From Azolla caroliniana (Eukaryota; Plantae; Polypodiophyta), in contig JBHGNT010000007.1 of the NCBI GenBank assembly GCA_043228905.1, forward strand, positions 10,106,001 to 10,170,000: a stretch of 64,000 bases of DNA, given 5' to 3'. The position numbers were made by a program, and so were the translations under genes. Numbering within the stretch: position 1 is the stretch's first letter; every line of letters begins with the position of its first letter. This document shows positions 1-14,165 of this stretch, piece by piece. The notes below the pieces were generated by a model. It was not told where the DNA came from and did not search any database. It saw only the letters and a program-made list of their open reading frames with translations.

Positions 1-3000
1 ACACAGAGACTTCCCGTCGTGGGAGCAATCAGCGAGCAGGGTATTATACTAATTCGCGTCGTGTGTGGGCGGAGAGCTATTGAGCTATGTTCGGGATGCA
101 AAGACGTTGAAGGGTGCGTGGGAAAATCTGAAGAAGAATTTCGCCGCGAGCACCACAACCAGGAAGCTTCAGCTCCGAAAGGAATTGAGCAACCTACGAC
201 AACGCCACTTGTCAATGGCGGACTATACCTCGAAGATCAAGGATATCTGTGACTCCCTCGCCTCCATAGAGGTGAACATCGAGGAGAGCGAGATGGTCCA
301 GATCTATCTCGGAGGTTTGGCGTCGAAGTTCGGAGCGTTCCGAACAGCTGTATGTACCCGGGAGAATACGCCATCCTTTTTCAACTTACAGTCGTTGCTC
401 CTGGTAGAGGAGAACCACGCGGGTGCGTCAACGAGCACGCACACCGACAGCAAGATGTTGTACACGGAGGGAGAAAGGCCCCCTGGTCGTGGCAGATGAG
501 GCGAGTCAGTACACAATGGAAACGGCCAACGAGATCAAGGATGAAGGCACCGAAGTGATGACGACAGCAACTCCAAACCCTCCAGAAACAGGGGGAATCG
601 AAGCGATGAGAACCAGCAAGGGAAGGGCATCGCGGAGTGATGGTATTGTGGCAAGAAAGGCCACAGGGAAAGTGAGTGCTGGAAGAAGCACGCCGATTCG
701 GAGAGAACCGGTTCCGGAAACGGCTCCGGACATACCGACAAGGGAAATCGGCAGCGATCGCACTACGCCGAAGACTCCGGGAGAGCTGGAGAAGGGTTTG
801 CCTTCCTGACGAGACACGAAGCAAACACAATGAAATGGACCACCCCGAGATCGGACGAGGTGTGGTACGTAGACTCTAGCGCATCAAACCACATAGCGAG
901 CCATAAGGAGTGGTTCTCGTACCTTGAAAAACCGATACAACCTGGAGTAGTCACAACTGGAGACGACACTCCGCATCCGATCGCGAATGTCGGAGAAGTT
1001 CCCCTTAGCCATGTCGGGCAGAAAGGGAAACTCATGAACGTGCTGCACGTTCCGACAATCACGAAGAACTTGGTCTCGGTCGGACAGATCGTCGACCATG
1101 GGATGGAGGTTCGGTTTACACACCTCGGGTGCTTCATTGAGGAAGAAGGCCATGTGATTGCGCAAGGGCGCAAAGACGGGAGGATGTTCATCCTCGATTC
1201 CACTGACGGCGGCACCGCAATGTTCGCGAAGGGACAAAAATCCGAGTCGGACATCGACTTGTGGCACAAGCGGATAGGCCACCTCAACTACCAGCGGCTT
1301 CAAGATCTGCAATCGAAACAGGTAGTGTTCCGATTGCCCAAATTTAGTGGCCGAAAGGCACAAATTTGTGAAGCCTGCCAGCTCGGGAAGCAACACCGAC
1401 TTCCTTTCCCCAACGAGCAAAACCGGAGCCGGAACAAGCTCGACCTTATACACTCCGATGTATGGGGGCCGACACAAAACGTTAGTCTTGGCGGGAGCCG
1501 ATATTTCGTCTCCTTAATCGACGACCACACACGGCCCACGTGGATCTACCTCATTCACAGGAAGAGCGAAGTGTACGACTGTTTCCAGAACCTCAAAGGG
1601 TTCGTGGAAACGGAAACGGGACGAAAGATCAAGTGCCTGCGGTCGGATGGCGGGAAAGAGTACTTTTCTGGTCAATTCAACGGTTATCTACAACAAATGG
1701 GAATTCGCCGCGAATTCAGTTGTAGATACACGCCAGAGCAGAACGGCGTGGCCGAGAGGAAGAATCGGTCAGTTGTGGAAGCGGCACGAGCAATGCTGGA
1801 GGAGAAGAGCTTGCCCAAGTTCTACTGGGTCGAGGCGGTAAGGACCGCGGTATACATCCAGAACCGAATCAGAGACAAAGTGTCGGTGCACGAGCTATAT
1901 TTCGGAACGAAGCCGAACTCGCGACACTTGAGAGTGTTCGGTAGCATTGCGTATATGCATGTACCGAAGGAGAAAAGGAGGAAGCTGGACGCAAAGGCCG
2001 AGAAATGCATCTTGGTCGGTTACTCGGACAAGCAGAAGGGTTATAAGTGTTATAACCCTTGCACCAAACAAGCACGTGTCAGCCGCGACGTTGTGTTTGA
2101 CAAGTCGGCATCTTGGTACCAGCCCCCGACTCCAATACGAGCTCTGACGATGAGGTCAGAGAGGCCGAGATGCCTCCGGATGAGCCCGAAATCGAGACCC
2201 ACGAAGAGAGTCCGATTTCACTCTGTTTAAGTTGACCGATTGGACGACTGAGTCGGTACGATCAGTCCGATGAAGAGTCGACGAGTAGTGGAGACTGGGC
2301 CGTGCATTCCCCGCGCAGGAAGCCGAGGAGACGGCTTACGTGCAAAGAGAAAGGGAAGAAGAAGGTGTCGGATTCCAGCACGGATAGGAACGAGTCAGAC
2401 CGACGTGAGTCCGACTCCGAGGGAACCGGTGACGGGTCTTTAAAGGTGAAGTCCGCGTCGACCAAGAAGGCCTCGACATCGGCTAATGTGAGATTACGCC
2501 GATCTACCCGCCAGAAGAACCTTGTTTTGCGGTTCGGATACAACGAGTACATGGCGCATCATTATGTGTACATGACCCACGTAGCGGAAGTGCGTGAGCC
2601 GGAGAGCTACGCAGAAGCGGCTAAAGACGCGAATTAGCGTGCCGCGATGGAGGAAGAGATGCACGCATTGGCGGAGAACGAGACCTGGGACCTGGTTGAC
2701 ACACCAACAGGGGTAAAACCGATCGGGTGTAGGTGGGTCTACAAGGTCAAGTACAACACCGATGGCTCGGTCAAACGGTACAAGGCTCAACTAGTGGCAA
2801 AGGGCTACGCGCAGAAACACGACATAGACTACGATGAGACGTTTGCGCCAGTCGCGAAAATGACGATCATCCGTGTTTTTCTCGCAGTAGTTGCGGTGAA
2901 GGGGTGGCACTTACATCAGATGGATGTAAAGAATGTGTTCCTGCAAGGTGACCTTGAGGAACAGGTGTACATGGTACAACCCCCTGGATTTCACTCTGGA

Positions 3001-4675
3001 ACGAACTCCTCGGTAGTATGCTGACTGAAGAAGTCCCTTTACGGACTGAAGCAAGCCCCGCGTGCCTGGAACGCGAAGATCATGCAACAACTGCGTCGGA
3101 TGGGCTTCGTCACGTCAACATCGGACTCTTCCCTCTTCATCCGGAAAGGTCAACTCGGACCGGTTAGTATTTTACTATATGTTGATGACTTAGTCATCAC
3201 CGGCGCCGACTAGGTGAAATCGACCGCGTGAAGCTCCAGCCTGCGGCATCGTTCGACATGAAGGATCTAGGGGACCTTCATTACATCCTCGGGATCGAAG
3301 TGATCCGTACCCCCGAAGGCATATTGATCAGCCAACGTCATTACGTGTTGATAATGCTCTTCAAATTCGGGATGGCCGACTGTAAGTCTGTCTCGACTCC
3401 TCTGGACAGAACCGTCAAGCTTCGTCCCAATACGGGAAAGGTATGCGACCTGACGAGGTTCCGACAAATTGTCGGAAGCCTCATATACTTGACCATCACC
3501 CGACCCGACCTTAGTTATCCGGTCGGAGTGATCAGTCAGTTCATGGCGCGACCTATCGGGGAGCACCTTCAGTGTGCGCAACGCATACTTCGGTATGTCA
3601 ACGGCACTAAGGACCGGGGACTGCTATATCGGACCGGTGCAACTGCGCAGTTAGTTGGCTACACCGATGCTTATTGGGCTGGCAATGCCGCCGATCGCCG
3701 ATCCACGTCCGGATACGTGTTCTCCCTCGGGAGTGCCGCGATCGCATGGAGCAGTAAGAAGCAGCCGACAGTTGCATTGTCGAGCACCGAAGCTGAGTAC
3801 CGAGGAGCAGCTATCGCGACATGCGAAGCCATATGGTTGAAGCGGCTGCTTAGGGGCCTGCAAGAGGAGGTGTCAGATCCGACGACGATCTACTGCGCAA
3901 CCTCAGCATCATCCAGCTCACGAAAAACCCCGTTTTCCACGCACGGACCAAGCACATTGAGGTGCACTACCATTTCGTCCGTGAGCGTGTCCTTTCCGGT
4001 GAAGTCGAACTTCAGTACGTTCCGACGGATCGGCAGACTGCCGACATCTTCACCAAGCCTCTTGGTCTGGACAAGTTGCGGCAGTTCTCAGGTGTGCTCG
4101 GATTGCGTCACCTCGACGTGCCAAACTTGAGGAGGAGAACAGTCCCGAACGACCAAGCAAGGCAGCCGGAAAGGAGCGGAGACCGCGACACCACCGAGTC
4201 GGTTGACTCGGTTGTCGAGTTCGACTTCGTATCGGCTGAAGAAGCTGAGGGCGGACCCGCGGAAAAGTTCGGAAGAGGACAGAAGGGGAGCAGCCGAAGG
4301 AGAGAGCCGAAGCCAACCATGCATGGGCAAGATGACGCCATCGAGGGCAAGAAGACCGAAGACAAGTTGGAGACAGCCAACTCGGATGAGAGCAAAAACC
4401 GATCGGAGGTAGCTGAGTCGGTTCGGATGTTTGATTCAGATACGCTGAACCAACCGAGGCCCAAGCGGAAGAAAAGGCAGCAGAAGAAGCGTCAACACCG
4501 CAACAACAGAAGAGCTAATAAGGGCCACATGAGCAGACAAGCCGACCGGAAGGGTCGAAGCGCGCGGAGTCGAACAGGTCGTGGAGCGCGAGCGAGGCGT
4601 GAAGCCAGGAGGAACCGGAGCTGTGAGCCCGAAGATCCCAAAGAGCCTCAAGTTGAGCTTGAGGGGGAGTGTTGA
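1..4675 (+). pseudogene. Disrupted copia gag-pol polyprotein (copy A) with charged C-terminal extension ending QVELEGEC
   Basis: ORF pieces 65-499, 830-2230, 2302-2637, 2647-3024, 3228-4130 and 3962-4675, broken by stops and frameshifts. Confidence 0.9.
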
Positions 4676-5132
4676 GAGACAAGCTCAACATCGACCGGAT
4701 CGGCTGAAGAAGCCGAGGACCGGATCGGTTGGGACCGATCGGTTAGGCCGAATGCGTAAACCGGTACGCAGACCGGTGCGTAGGTAGGGCCGGATCGGTC
4801 CGTAAACTGGGAGGCCATTAGGAAAGATATTCCGTGAGGAATATATGTGGGAGTTAGTGTAGGAGCTCTTAATGAGCATTCAAGTACTATCAGTACTTCG
4901 GTCAGTCCTTCTAGGACTTGTATAAAAGTGTTCATTGAACACACATATGTATAGAGTGTGGTGAATAGAGATCGAGTACCCTTTTTGAATATAGTTCTTG
5001 TTTTTTTCCTCTCTCTCTCTTACTCTCTCTGTCTCTCCCGCGTATATTGCGTAAGCTCAAGCTCTCCATTAAACCTGAGTTTTCTTCCTTCTGTTCGGTC
5101 TTCATACTTGCTTCCGCACGTTACTTTTTACA
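4670..5132 (+). repeat. 3' LTR of copia A
   Basis: Starts TGTTGAGA right after the PPT, ends TTTTACA, contains TATAAAA, and is homologous to 7713-8154. Confidence 0.9.
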
Positions 5133-8100
5133 ATTACCCTCGCACCAAAGAAGCGCGCGTGAGCCGTGACGTTGTGTTTGACGAGTCCTGGTACTTGCCT
5201 CCAACTCCGGACCTCATCTCCAATCCGAGTTCTGACGATGAGGTCAGGGAGGCCGAGATGTCTCCGAATGGGCCTGTAATCGGGACCCGCGAAGAAAGTC
5301 CGATTTCGTTTTAATTAAGCGGACCAGATAGACAACTGAGTCGGTTCGACCAACCCGATGAAGAGCCGGCAAGTAGTGGAGACTCAGTCGTGCATTCCCC
5401 GTACAAGAAGCTGAGGAGATGGCTCACGCGCAAGGAAAAAGGGAAGAAGAATGTGTTGGATTACGGCATGGATAGGAACGAGTCAGATCGACGCGAGTCC
5501 GACTCCGAGGGAAGTGACGACGGGTCTTCAGGAGCGAAGTCCACGTCGGCCAAGAAAGCCTCAACCTCAGCTAATGAAGAATTACGCCGATCCACCCACC
5601 AGAAGAACCCTGTTGTGTGGTTCGGTTACAACGAGTACATGGCGCATCACTATGCGTACATGACGTGTGTAGCGGAAGTGCGTGAGCCGGAGAGCGACGC
5701 AGAAGCGGCGAAGGACGTAAATTGGTGTGCCGCAATGGAGGAAGAGATGCGTGCATTGGCGGAGAATGAAACCTGGGACCTGGTTGACACACCAAAAGGT
5801 GTGAAGCCAATCGAATGTAGGTGGGTGTATAAGGTGAAATACAACACCGATGGCTCTGTCAACTGCTACAAGGCCTGGTTAGTAGCAAAAGGCTACAGGC
5901 AGAAGCACGGCATGGACTATAACAAAACCTTCGCACCTGTCGCGAAGATGACTATCGTGCGAGTCCTGTTAGCCGTAGCTACAGCCAAGGGGTGGCACTT
6001 ACATCATATGGATGTAAAGAATGTGTTCCTGCAAGGTGAGCTTGAGGAACAAGTGTACATGGTACAGCCCCCCGGATTTCACTCTGAAACGAACACTTCG
6101 GCGGTGTGCCGATTGAAGAAGTCCCTTTACGAACTAAAGCAAGCTCCGTGTGCTTGGTACGCGAAGATCACGCAACGATTGTGTCGGATGTGCTTTGCAA
6201 CGTCAAAATTGGACTCCTCACTGTTCATCCAGAAAGGTCGACTCGGGCCGGTTAGCATTTTACTTTATGTTGATGATTTGGTCATCACTGGCGCCGACCT
6301 TGGTGAAATTGACCGCGTCAAGCTCTAGCTCGCGGCATCATTTGACATGAAGAACCTGGGGGACCTTCATTACTTCCTCGGGATCGAAGTGATCCGCACC
6401 CCCGAAGGCATACTGATCAGCCAACGGCATTACGTGTTGAGTATGCTCTTCAAATTCGGGTTGGCCGACTGTAAGTCCGTCTTGACTCTAGATAGAACAG
6501 TCAAGCTTCGCCCCGATTTCGGAAAGGTGTGCGACCCAACGAGGTTCCGACAAATAGTCGGAAGCCTTATATACTTGACCATCACCCAACCAGATCTCAG
6601 CTACCCGGTCGGGGTGATCAGTCAGTTTATGGCGCGACCGACCAAGGAGCACCTTTAGTGCACACAACGCATACTCCGATACGTCAGTAGCACTAAGGAC
6701 CGGGGGCTACTATATCAGACCGATACTGCCACACAATTGGTCGGTTACACCGATGTTGATTGGACCGGAAACGCCGGCGATCACCGATCCACGTCCGGTT
6801 TCGCGTTCTCTCTCGGGAGTGCCGCGATCGCGTGGAGTAGCAAGAAGCAGCTGACAGTTGCGCTGTCGAGCACTGAAGCCGAGTATAGAGGAGCGGCTAC
6901 TTAAGGATCTGCAAGTGGAGGTATCCGATCCAACGACAATCTACTGCGACAACCTCAGCAGCATCCAGCTAGCTAAGAACCCCGTCTTCCACGCCCGGAC
7001 GAAGCACATTGAGGTGCACTACCATTTCGTCCGTGAGAGTGTCCTCTCCGATGAAGTCGAACTTCAGTGTGTTCCGACGGATCGGTAGAACGCCGACATC
7101 TACACCAAGCCTCTTGGTCTGGACAAGTTGCGGTAATTCTCGGGTGCGCTTGGGTTGCGTCACCTCAACGTGCCAAACTTGAGGGGGAGGGACGTCTCGA
7201 ATGACCACAGAAGGGAGCAAGAAAGGAGCGGAAAAGATCGTGACGTCGAGTCAGATGGCAAATTCGATTTCGGATTGGCTAAAGAAGCCGAGGGCGGATC
7301 TGCGGAAGAATCCGAAAGCGAACATAAGGGGAGCAGTCGAAAGAAAGAGCCGAAGCCAACCAAGCTTGGGGGAGATGAAGCCATCAAGGGCGAGAAGACC
7401 GAAGACGAGTTGGAGACAGCCAACTCAGACGAGAGTGAAGACCGATCAGAGGAAGCCGAGTCGGTTCAGATGTTTGATTCGGATACGCTGAATTAACCAA
7501 GGGCCAAGTGGAAGAGAAGGCAACATAAGAGGCGCCAACACCGCAATAGAAAGGAAGCTAAGAAGGGTCGTGTGAGCAAACAAGCTAACCGGAAGGGTCG
7601 AGGCGCGCAGAATCAAACAAGTCAAGGAGCGCGAGCGAGGCGTGAAGCCAGAAGGAACTGGAGCGCAGACCCAGAAGAGCAAATGGAACCTCAAGTTGAG
7701 CTTGAGGGGGAGTGTTAAGATACAAGCTCAACATTGGCCGGATCGGATGTGAAAGCCGAGAACCGGATCGGTTGGGGCCGATCGGTTAGGCCGGACCAGT
7801 GTGTAAAACGGGTGTGTAAACCGTTACGCAAACCGGTGCGTAACGAGAAGCCGTAGCGGTGCGTAAACCGCGAGGCCGTTGGAAAGATATTCCGCGTAGG
7901 AATATATTTTGGGAGTTAGCGTAGAGCTTAGTTATGAGCATTGAAGTACGTGTCAATACTTCTGTCAGTCCGTATGGACTTGTATAAAAGTGCTCACTGA
8001 GCACATTGTATGTACAAATTAGGTATTATTTTTAAAATTAGTTTATGTGTGTTCTCTCTGTCTCTCCCGCGTATTTTGTATATTCAAGCTCTCCATTGAA

Positions 8101-8154
8101 CCTGCCTATTTTCTGTGTTCGGTTTTCGATTGCTTCCGCACATAATCTTTTACA
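5133..8154 (+). mobile_element. Ty1/copia copy B, 3' half (late integrase, RT, RNase H, tail, 3' LTR 7713-8154)
   Basis: Resumes mid-integrase (PRTKEARVSRDVVFDES) directly after the LTR of A. RT ORF 5390-6328 has YVDD. PPT at 7701-7712. Confidence 0.93.
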
Positions 8155-8398
8155 ATCACTTTCTTCAACTCGGGCACAGTTGGGGTTGACTAGGTGACCG
8201 ATCAGACCACAACTGATTGATCTACCATTGAGCTTACATCCACACGATTCAAAACCATGTAAAACAACGATTCTTTCAAATTTCAACTCCAACAATGTAA
8301 CCATATGGAACAATCATTGGTGTGCTTCTGTTGCGAAAGAGCTCGATCGTCACAATTATTGTATGTTGTGCAATTACTCTTATGATGTAGAACAAACT

Positions 8399-11300
8399 TG
8401 TAAATGATTACTTGCGGAAGCGTTAGAAAACAGAGAAAGTAGAGAATACACAGAGTACACGGGAGAGACAGAGAGAGAGAAGAACCTCAAAGCTATATTC
8501 AAAAATATATAAAACACTTTGTACCTACAACTGTGCTCAGTAGCACTATTTATACAAGTCCTCGTGAGACTGATACAAGTACCGCGTACTTTAATTTTCA
8601 CATGAGCTTCTGACACTTACTACGAGACTATAATTGCGTAGTATTCTAAACTAATACTAGGCTTCCGATTACCAATTGGATCCGGCTAACCGGCTCCCCA
8701 GCTCACCGGCTCTGTTGCTTGCCGGTTTGGTTGCTCACGGCTTACCGATCCGTCTCGCTTGCCGGCTCAGGCTTATCCAGCCGATCCGGCTCCAATTGAG
8801 CTTGCTGCTCAACACTCCCCCTCAAGCTCAACTTGAGGTTGGATTCTAGTGTCAGCCTCTGTGGTAGTCGGTTCTTCCAACCGACTTCTTTTGGCGTCAC
8901 TCTGCCTTGCTCGCGCTCCTCGTTCGGTCCGGTTCTGTTTGCCGCGACCCCTCTTGTTTTGCGCCCCTCGACCTTCTCGGTCGGTATGTCTGCTCAATAG
9001 GCCCCTCTCAGCTCCTTCGCTGCTATGACTCCGGCGCTTATCAATCCGTTGGTTCCTCTGCGATGGCATCGACTTTCGCTACATCTGTGTCTATTTTGCC
9101 TTGAATTGATCTGGTTCTTCCGAATCTGTCTATTGGACCGAATCGACTGTCTCCGATTCATTCCAACTCTTGTCCAAATCGGTTGCTCCCGATTCGTCTT
9201 CTGGTTCCAAGCCCATTACCACATCGGACCATGTCCGGGTCTTGGCCTTCTTCCTTTGGTCGGCTCTGTCCTTCTTGACTCTGCCGCCTTTTGTTCTTCC
9301 CTCACCGGCGCAATCGGCAGTCTCTTTGCCTTTGCCCATTCCGGTGTCTCTGCCCATTCTCCCCCTCAAGTGTGGCACGTCGAGATGTTGAACACCAAGC
9401 ATGTCGATAAAGTGCTACAACTTGTCCAATTCAAGCGGCTTGGTGAAGATGTCGGCAACTTGCCGATCCATGTGAACATACCGTAGTTCAACTTCACCGC
9501 TCAGGACCCGCTCACGCACAAAGTGATAATGCACTTCTATGTGCTTCGTGCGAGCATGGAACACAGGGTTCTTGGCGAGTTGCATGCTGCTGATGTTATC
9601 ACAATAAATTGGGATCGGGGTTGGTACCTCGATCGGCAAGTCTCGCAGTAGTCACCGAAGCCAAATGGCTTCACAGGTGGCAATGGTAGCGCCCTGGTAC
9701 TCAGCCTCAGTGCTTGATAGAGCCACTGTTGGCTGCTTTTTGCTGCTCCACGCAACAATTGTGCTCCCTAGGGAAAACATATAACCGGAGGTTGATCGGC
9801 GATCTGATGCATCGCCGGCCCAGTCGGCATCCGTGTAACCGATGAGCTCTTCAGTTATACCTCGCCGGTATAACAGTCCCCAGTCCTTCGTGCCGCTTAC
9901 ATATCGCAGTATCCGCTGCGCGCACTAAAGATGCTCCACGGTCGGCTTCTGCATGAACTGACTTATCATTCCGACCGGACAGTTGATGTCAGGGCGTGTG
10001 ATAGTCAGGTAAATAAGGCTTCCGACAATTTGTCGGAACCGTTTCTCGTTGCAGGCCGGTCCGGAGTTGGGACGGAGCTTCTGGTTCCGGTCCAAGGGTG
10101 TGGAGACAAGTCGGCATTCTGTCATGCCAAACTTGTACAACGTATTCAAGACATAATGTCGTTGTGAGAGTAATATGCCATCGGGGGTTCGGATCACCTC
10201 GATCCCAAGAAAATAATGAAGGTCCCCCAGGTCCTTCATCTCAAATGCGTCCGACAACAGGGACTTGACACAATTGATTTCTGGAACACCCGGTTCGGTG
10301 ATGACTAGATCATCAACATACAGCAGTATACATACCGGACTAGCTGAGCCTTGCCGAATGAACAACGAAGAGTCCGATTTGGAGGCCACAAACCCCATCT
10401 TACGCAACTGGTGCGTGATCTTCGCATTCCAAGCTCGAGGGGCTTGCTTCAGGCCGTACAACAACTTCTTCAGCCAACATACCACTGACTTGTTCATCTC
10501 TGATTGAAAGCCGGGGGGCTGAGTCATAAAGACTTCTTCTTCAAGATCACCCTAAAGAAACACATTCTTCACATCCATCTGGTGAAGATGCCACCCCCTT
10601 GTTGTAGCAACTGCCAGCACCACACGAACCGTCGTCATCTTCGCTACCGGAGCGAAGGTCTCGTCGTAGTCGATTCCGTGGGTCTGTGCGTATCCCTTTG
10701 CCACTAATCGGGCCTTGTACCGATTAACTGAACCATCGGCGTTGTACTTTATCTTGTACACCCACTTGCATCCGATCGGTTTACAGTGACGGGGAGGATC
10801 AACTAGGTCCCATGTCTCGTTGAAATCAAGTGCCCGCATTTCTTCCTCCATAGTGGCACGCCAATTTGCGTCCTTTGCCGCTTCTGCGTAGCTCTCCGGC
10901 TCACGCACTTCCGCCACCTTAATCATGTATTCATAGTGATGCACCATGTACTCATTGTACCCGTACCGCTTGACGGGATCCTTCTGGCAGGTGGACCGGC
11001 ATAACTCACCGTTACCCGGTTTAAGGCCTTTCTTGGCCGGTTCGGTCTTTGTTGCTGAAGATCCGGCTTTGTCCTTGCCGGAGTCGGATGCACACTGATC
11101 CAACTCATCGTTGCCGGTTTCGAATTCCGGCATCTTCTTCTTCCCTTTCTCTTTACGCGTGAACCGTCTCCTCGGTTCCTTGCGCGGGGAGAGCATGACA
11201 GAGTCTCTACTACTCGTTGGTTCCTCATTGGACTGGTCAGATTGACTTAGTCGCTCGTTCGGCCCGCTCAACCGAAACAATTCCGGACTCTCATCATGAG

Positions 11301-13852
11301 TCCACGCTTCATCATCACCTACCTGGGCCGGTTCAGGCTCATTGGCCTCATCCTCCGGCATCGGGTCGGATTCGGAAGTCGGAGTCAGTAAGGAGTACCA
11401 CAACACCGATTCATCGAACTCGACATCTCGACTAACTCGGACCTGCTTTGTCCGGGGGTTATAACACTTGTAACCCTTTTGCTCTTGAGCATAGCCGACT
11501 AGGATGCATTTTTTCGATTTTGCATCCAGCTTCCTCCGCTTCTCATCCGGTACATGCACATATGCAATGCTACCGAAGATCTTAAGGTGTCTCAAATTTG
11601 GCTTGCACCCGAAATACAGCTCGTGAGCTGATACCTTGTCACTGATCCGGTTCTGGATGTAGACAACCGTTTGAACTGCCTCCGCCCAGTAGAATTTGGG
11701 CATGCTCTTCTCCTCTAGCATTGCCCTTGCCGCATCAATGAGCGACCAGTTCTTCCTCTCGGCAACACCGTTCTGTTGCGGTGTGTATTTGCAACTGAAC
11801 TCTCGCCGAATTCCCGTTTGCTACAGATAATTGTTGAATTGGCTGGAAAAGTATTCTTTCCCGCCGTCCGACCGCAGGCATTTGATCTTCCTCTCCAATT
11901 CCCGTTCCACCATGCTTTGGAGACTTCGGAAACACTCGAAGACTTCGCTCTTCTGCTCAATGAGGTAGATCCATGTGTGCCGCGTATAGTTGTCGATGAA
12001 GGAGACGAAATATCGACTCTAGCCAAGACTAACATTCTGTGTCGGTTCCCACACATCCGAATGGATAAGGTCGAGCTTGTTACGACTCCGGTTACGTTCG
12101 GTAGGGAATGGAAGCCGGTGTTGCTTCCCGAGTTGGCAAGCTTCACATACTTGGGCCTTCCGACCGCTGAACTTTGGCAAGCCGAAAACAACTTGTTTTG
12201 TTTGCAGGTCTTGAAGCCTCCGGTAATTGACGTGGCCTATCCGCTTATGCCACAGATCGATGTCCAATTCGACCTTCTGTCCTTTTGCAAACAGAGCGGT
12301 GTCGATGTCGTTGGTATCGAGGATAAACATCCTCCCGTCTCTGCGCCCTTGCGCAATAATCTGGCCCTCTTCCTCGATGAAGCACCCGAGGTGCGTAAAC
12401 CGCACCTGCATCCCCTAGTCGACGATCTGTCCGACCGACACCAGGTTCTTCGTGATTGTCGGAACGTGTAATACGTTCATCAGCTTCCCCTTCTGTCCGA
12501 CGTGGCTCAAAGGGACTTCTACGACGTGCACGATTGGGTGAGGAGTGTTGTCTCCGGTTTTGACTACTCCTGGTTGATCCGGTTTTTCCAAAAAGGAGAA
12601 CCACTCTTTGTGGCTCATCATGTGGTTCGACGCACCGGAATCAACATACCACACTTCCTCCGATTTGGAAGTGGTCTTCTTCATCGAGTTCGCCTCGTGC
12701 TTCATCACCAAAGTTGGCCCATTACCGTTCTTGGATCCTCCCGATCCCTTCGTGTAGTGCGAGCTTTGTCGACCATCCTTCCTGGCCTTGCCAGATCCGC
12801 ATTTGTCCGAATCGGCGTGCTTTCTCCAGCACTCGCTTTCTCTGTGGCCCTTCTTGCTACAGTACCAGCATTCCGTTGCGGATTTGTCTTGCCAGCCTCC
12901 GGCACCGCCTTGACTCCCCGTGCCTGTGGAAGTCCCGGAACTACTGTAGGCACATTCTCTATGCCTTCGTTCTTGCTCTTGCCAGCCTCCTCCATTGCGT
13001 GCGGAGCTGCCTCGTCCACCATGCCCACGGGACCGATCCGCCTCCGTGTACAACATCTGGCTGTCAGTGGGTGCGCTAGTTGACGCACTAGCGTGGTTCT
13101 CCTCTACAAGGAGCATCGACTGTAAGTCGAAAAATGACGGCGTATTCTCCCTTGCACACACCGCCGTTCAGAACACTTTGAACTTAGATGCCAGGCCCCC
13201 AAGACGGACCTGTACGCATCAGGTGTTGTTTCGTTGGTTCCTTCGACGAAGCTCCAGTAGCCATGCCCAAGCAGGTACTGGTGCATCTTGTACGACCAAG
13301 ATGCGTAGTTGGATCTGTCGAGTTTCTCCACAGGGAGCGAGCTAGCCATCCCTCTATCCATCACTTCTCTATCTGTTGTTCTTACGACCTGTTAGGGTTT
13401 GCTTTCAAGCGTTTGTCGGCTACAGAGGTTCTCAACCCTCGCGCTCTGATACCATGTAAACGATTACTTGCGGAAGCGTTAGAAAACAGAGAAAGTAGAG
13501 AATACACAGAGTACACGGGAGAGACAGAGAGAGAGCAGAACCTCAAAGCTATATTCAAAAATATATAACAATGTGTACCTACAACTGTGCTCAGTAGCAC
13601 TATTTATACAAGTCCTCGTGGGACTGACACAAGTAACGCGTACTTTAATGCTCACACGAGCTTCTGACACTTACTACGAGACTATAATTGCCTAGTAATC
13701 TAAACTAATACTAGGCTTTCGGTTACCGATTGGATCCGGCTAACCGGCTCCCTAGCTCACCGGCTCTGTTGCTCACGGCTTACCAATCCGTCTCGCTTGC
13801 CGGCTCAGGCTTATCCAGCCGATCCGGCTCCAGTTGAGCTTGCCGCTCAACA
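8399..13852 (-). mobile_element. Full-span Ty1/copia copy C with both LTRs and 5-bp TSD AAACT
   Basis: LTRs 8399-8814 and 13455-13852. AAACT at 8394-8398 and 13853-13857. PBS TGGTATCAGAGC (tRNA-iMet) at 13443-13454 and PPT at 8815-8826. Gag-PR-IN-RT-RH on the minus strand. Confidence 0.97.
8809..13361 (-). pseudogene. Disrupted copia gag-pol (copy C) with an internal deletion in gag near 13215
   Basis: Starts MDRGMASSLPVEKLDRSNYASW and jumps from EGTNETTPDA to the GGLASKF segment. Several premature stops. Ends QPQVELEGEC. Confidence 0.9.
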
Positions 13853-14165
13853 AAACTTATTGCTAGCATTTATACGGATATGTTCTTTCATAAACTTATT
13901 GCAAACAAATTGATTATATAAATCATCAGTGGACATGAGAATGGTGATAATTTGAGATAATAAACCCACATGAGAGTAGTCATGATTTGTACTACTTAAC
14001 AAGTGAGGGCTATCTATACATACAAGGGGTGTCTCCAAGTTTGGCCATGGGCAAACTTAGATATTATTCTTCTCCATTCAACTGTGGCTTATCGGTATGA
14101 TGAGTAGTAAAAGCTTTTGATAATCTTGCTACCTATACATACATACATACATACATACATACATA

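Larger units (their letters stand above)
1..5132 (+). mobile_element. Ty1/copia LTR retrotransposon, copy A (5' end outside window), inserted into copy B
   Basis: Gag, CCHC knuckle (WYCGKKGHRESEC), protease (WYVDSSAS), integrase (HSDVWGP...LRSDGG...NGVAER), RT (YVDD at ~3178) and RNase H in copia order. PPT CTTGAGGGGGAG at 4658-4669, then a TG...CA LTR. Confidence 0.95.

Noticed and set aside
8160-8398. Possible LINE RT remnant continuing at 13858-14030
   Set aside because: Only faint peptide resemblance, too degenerate to support by eye.
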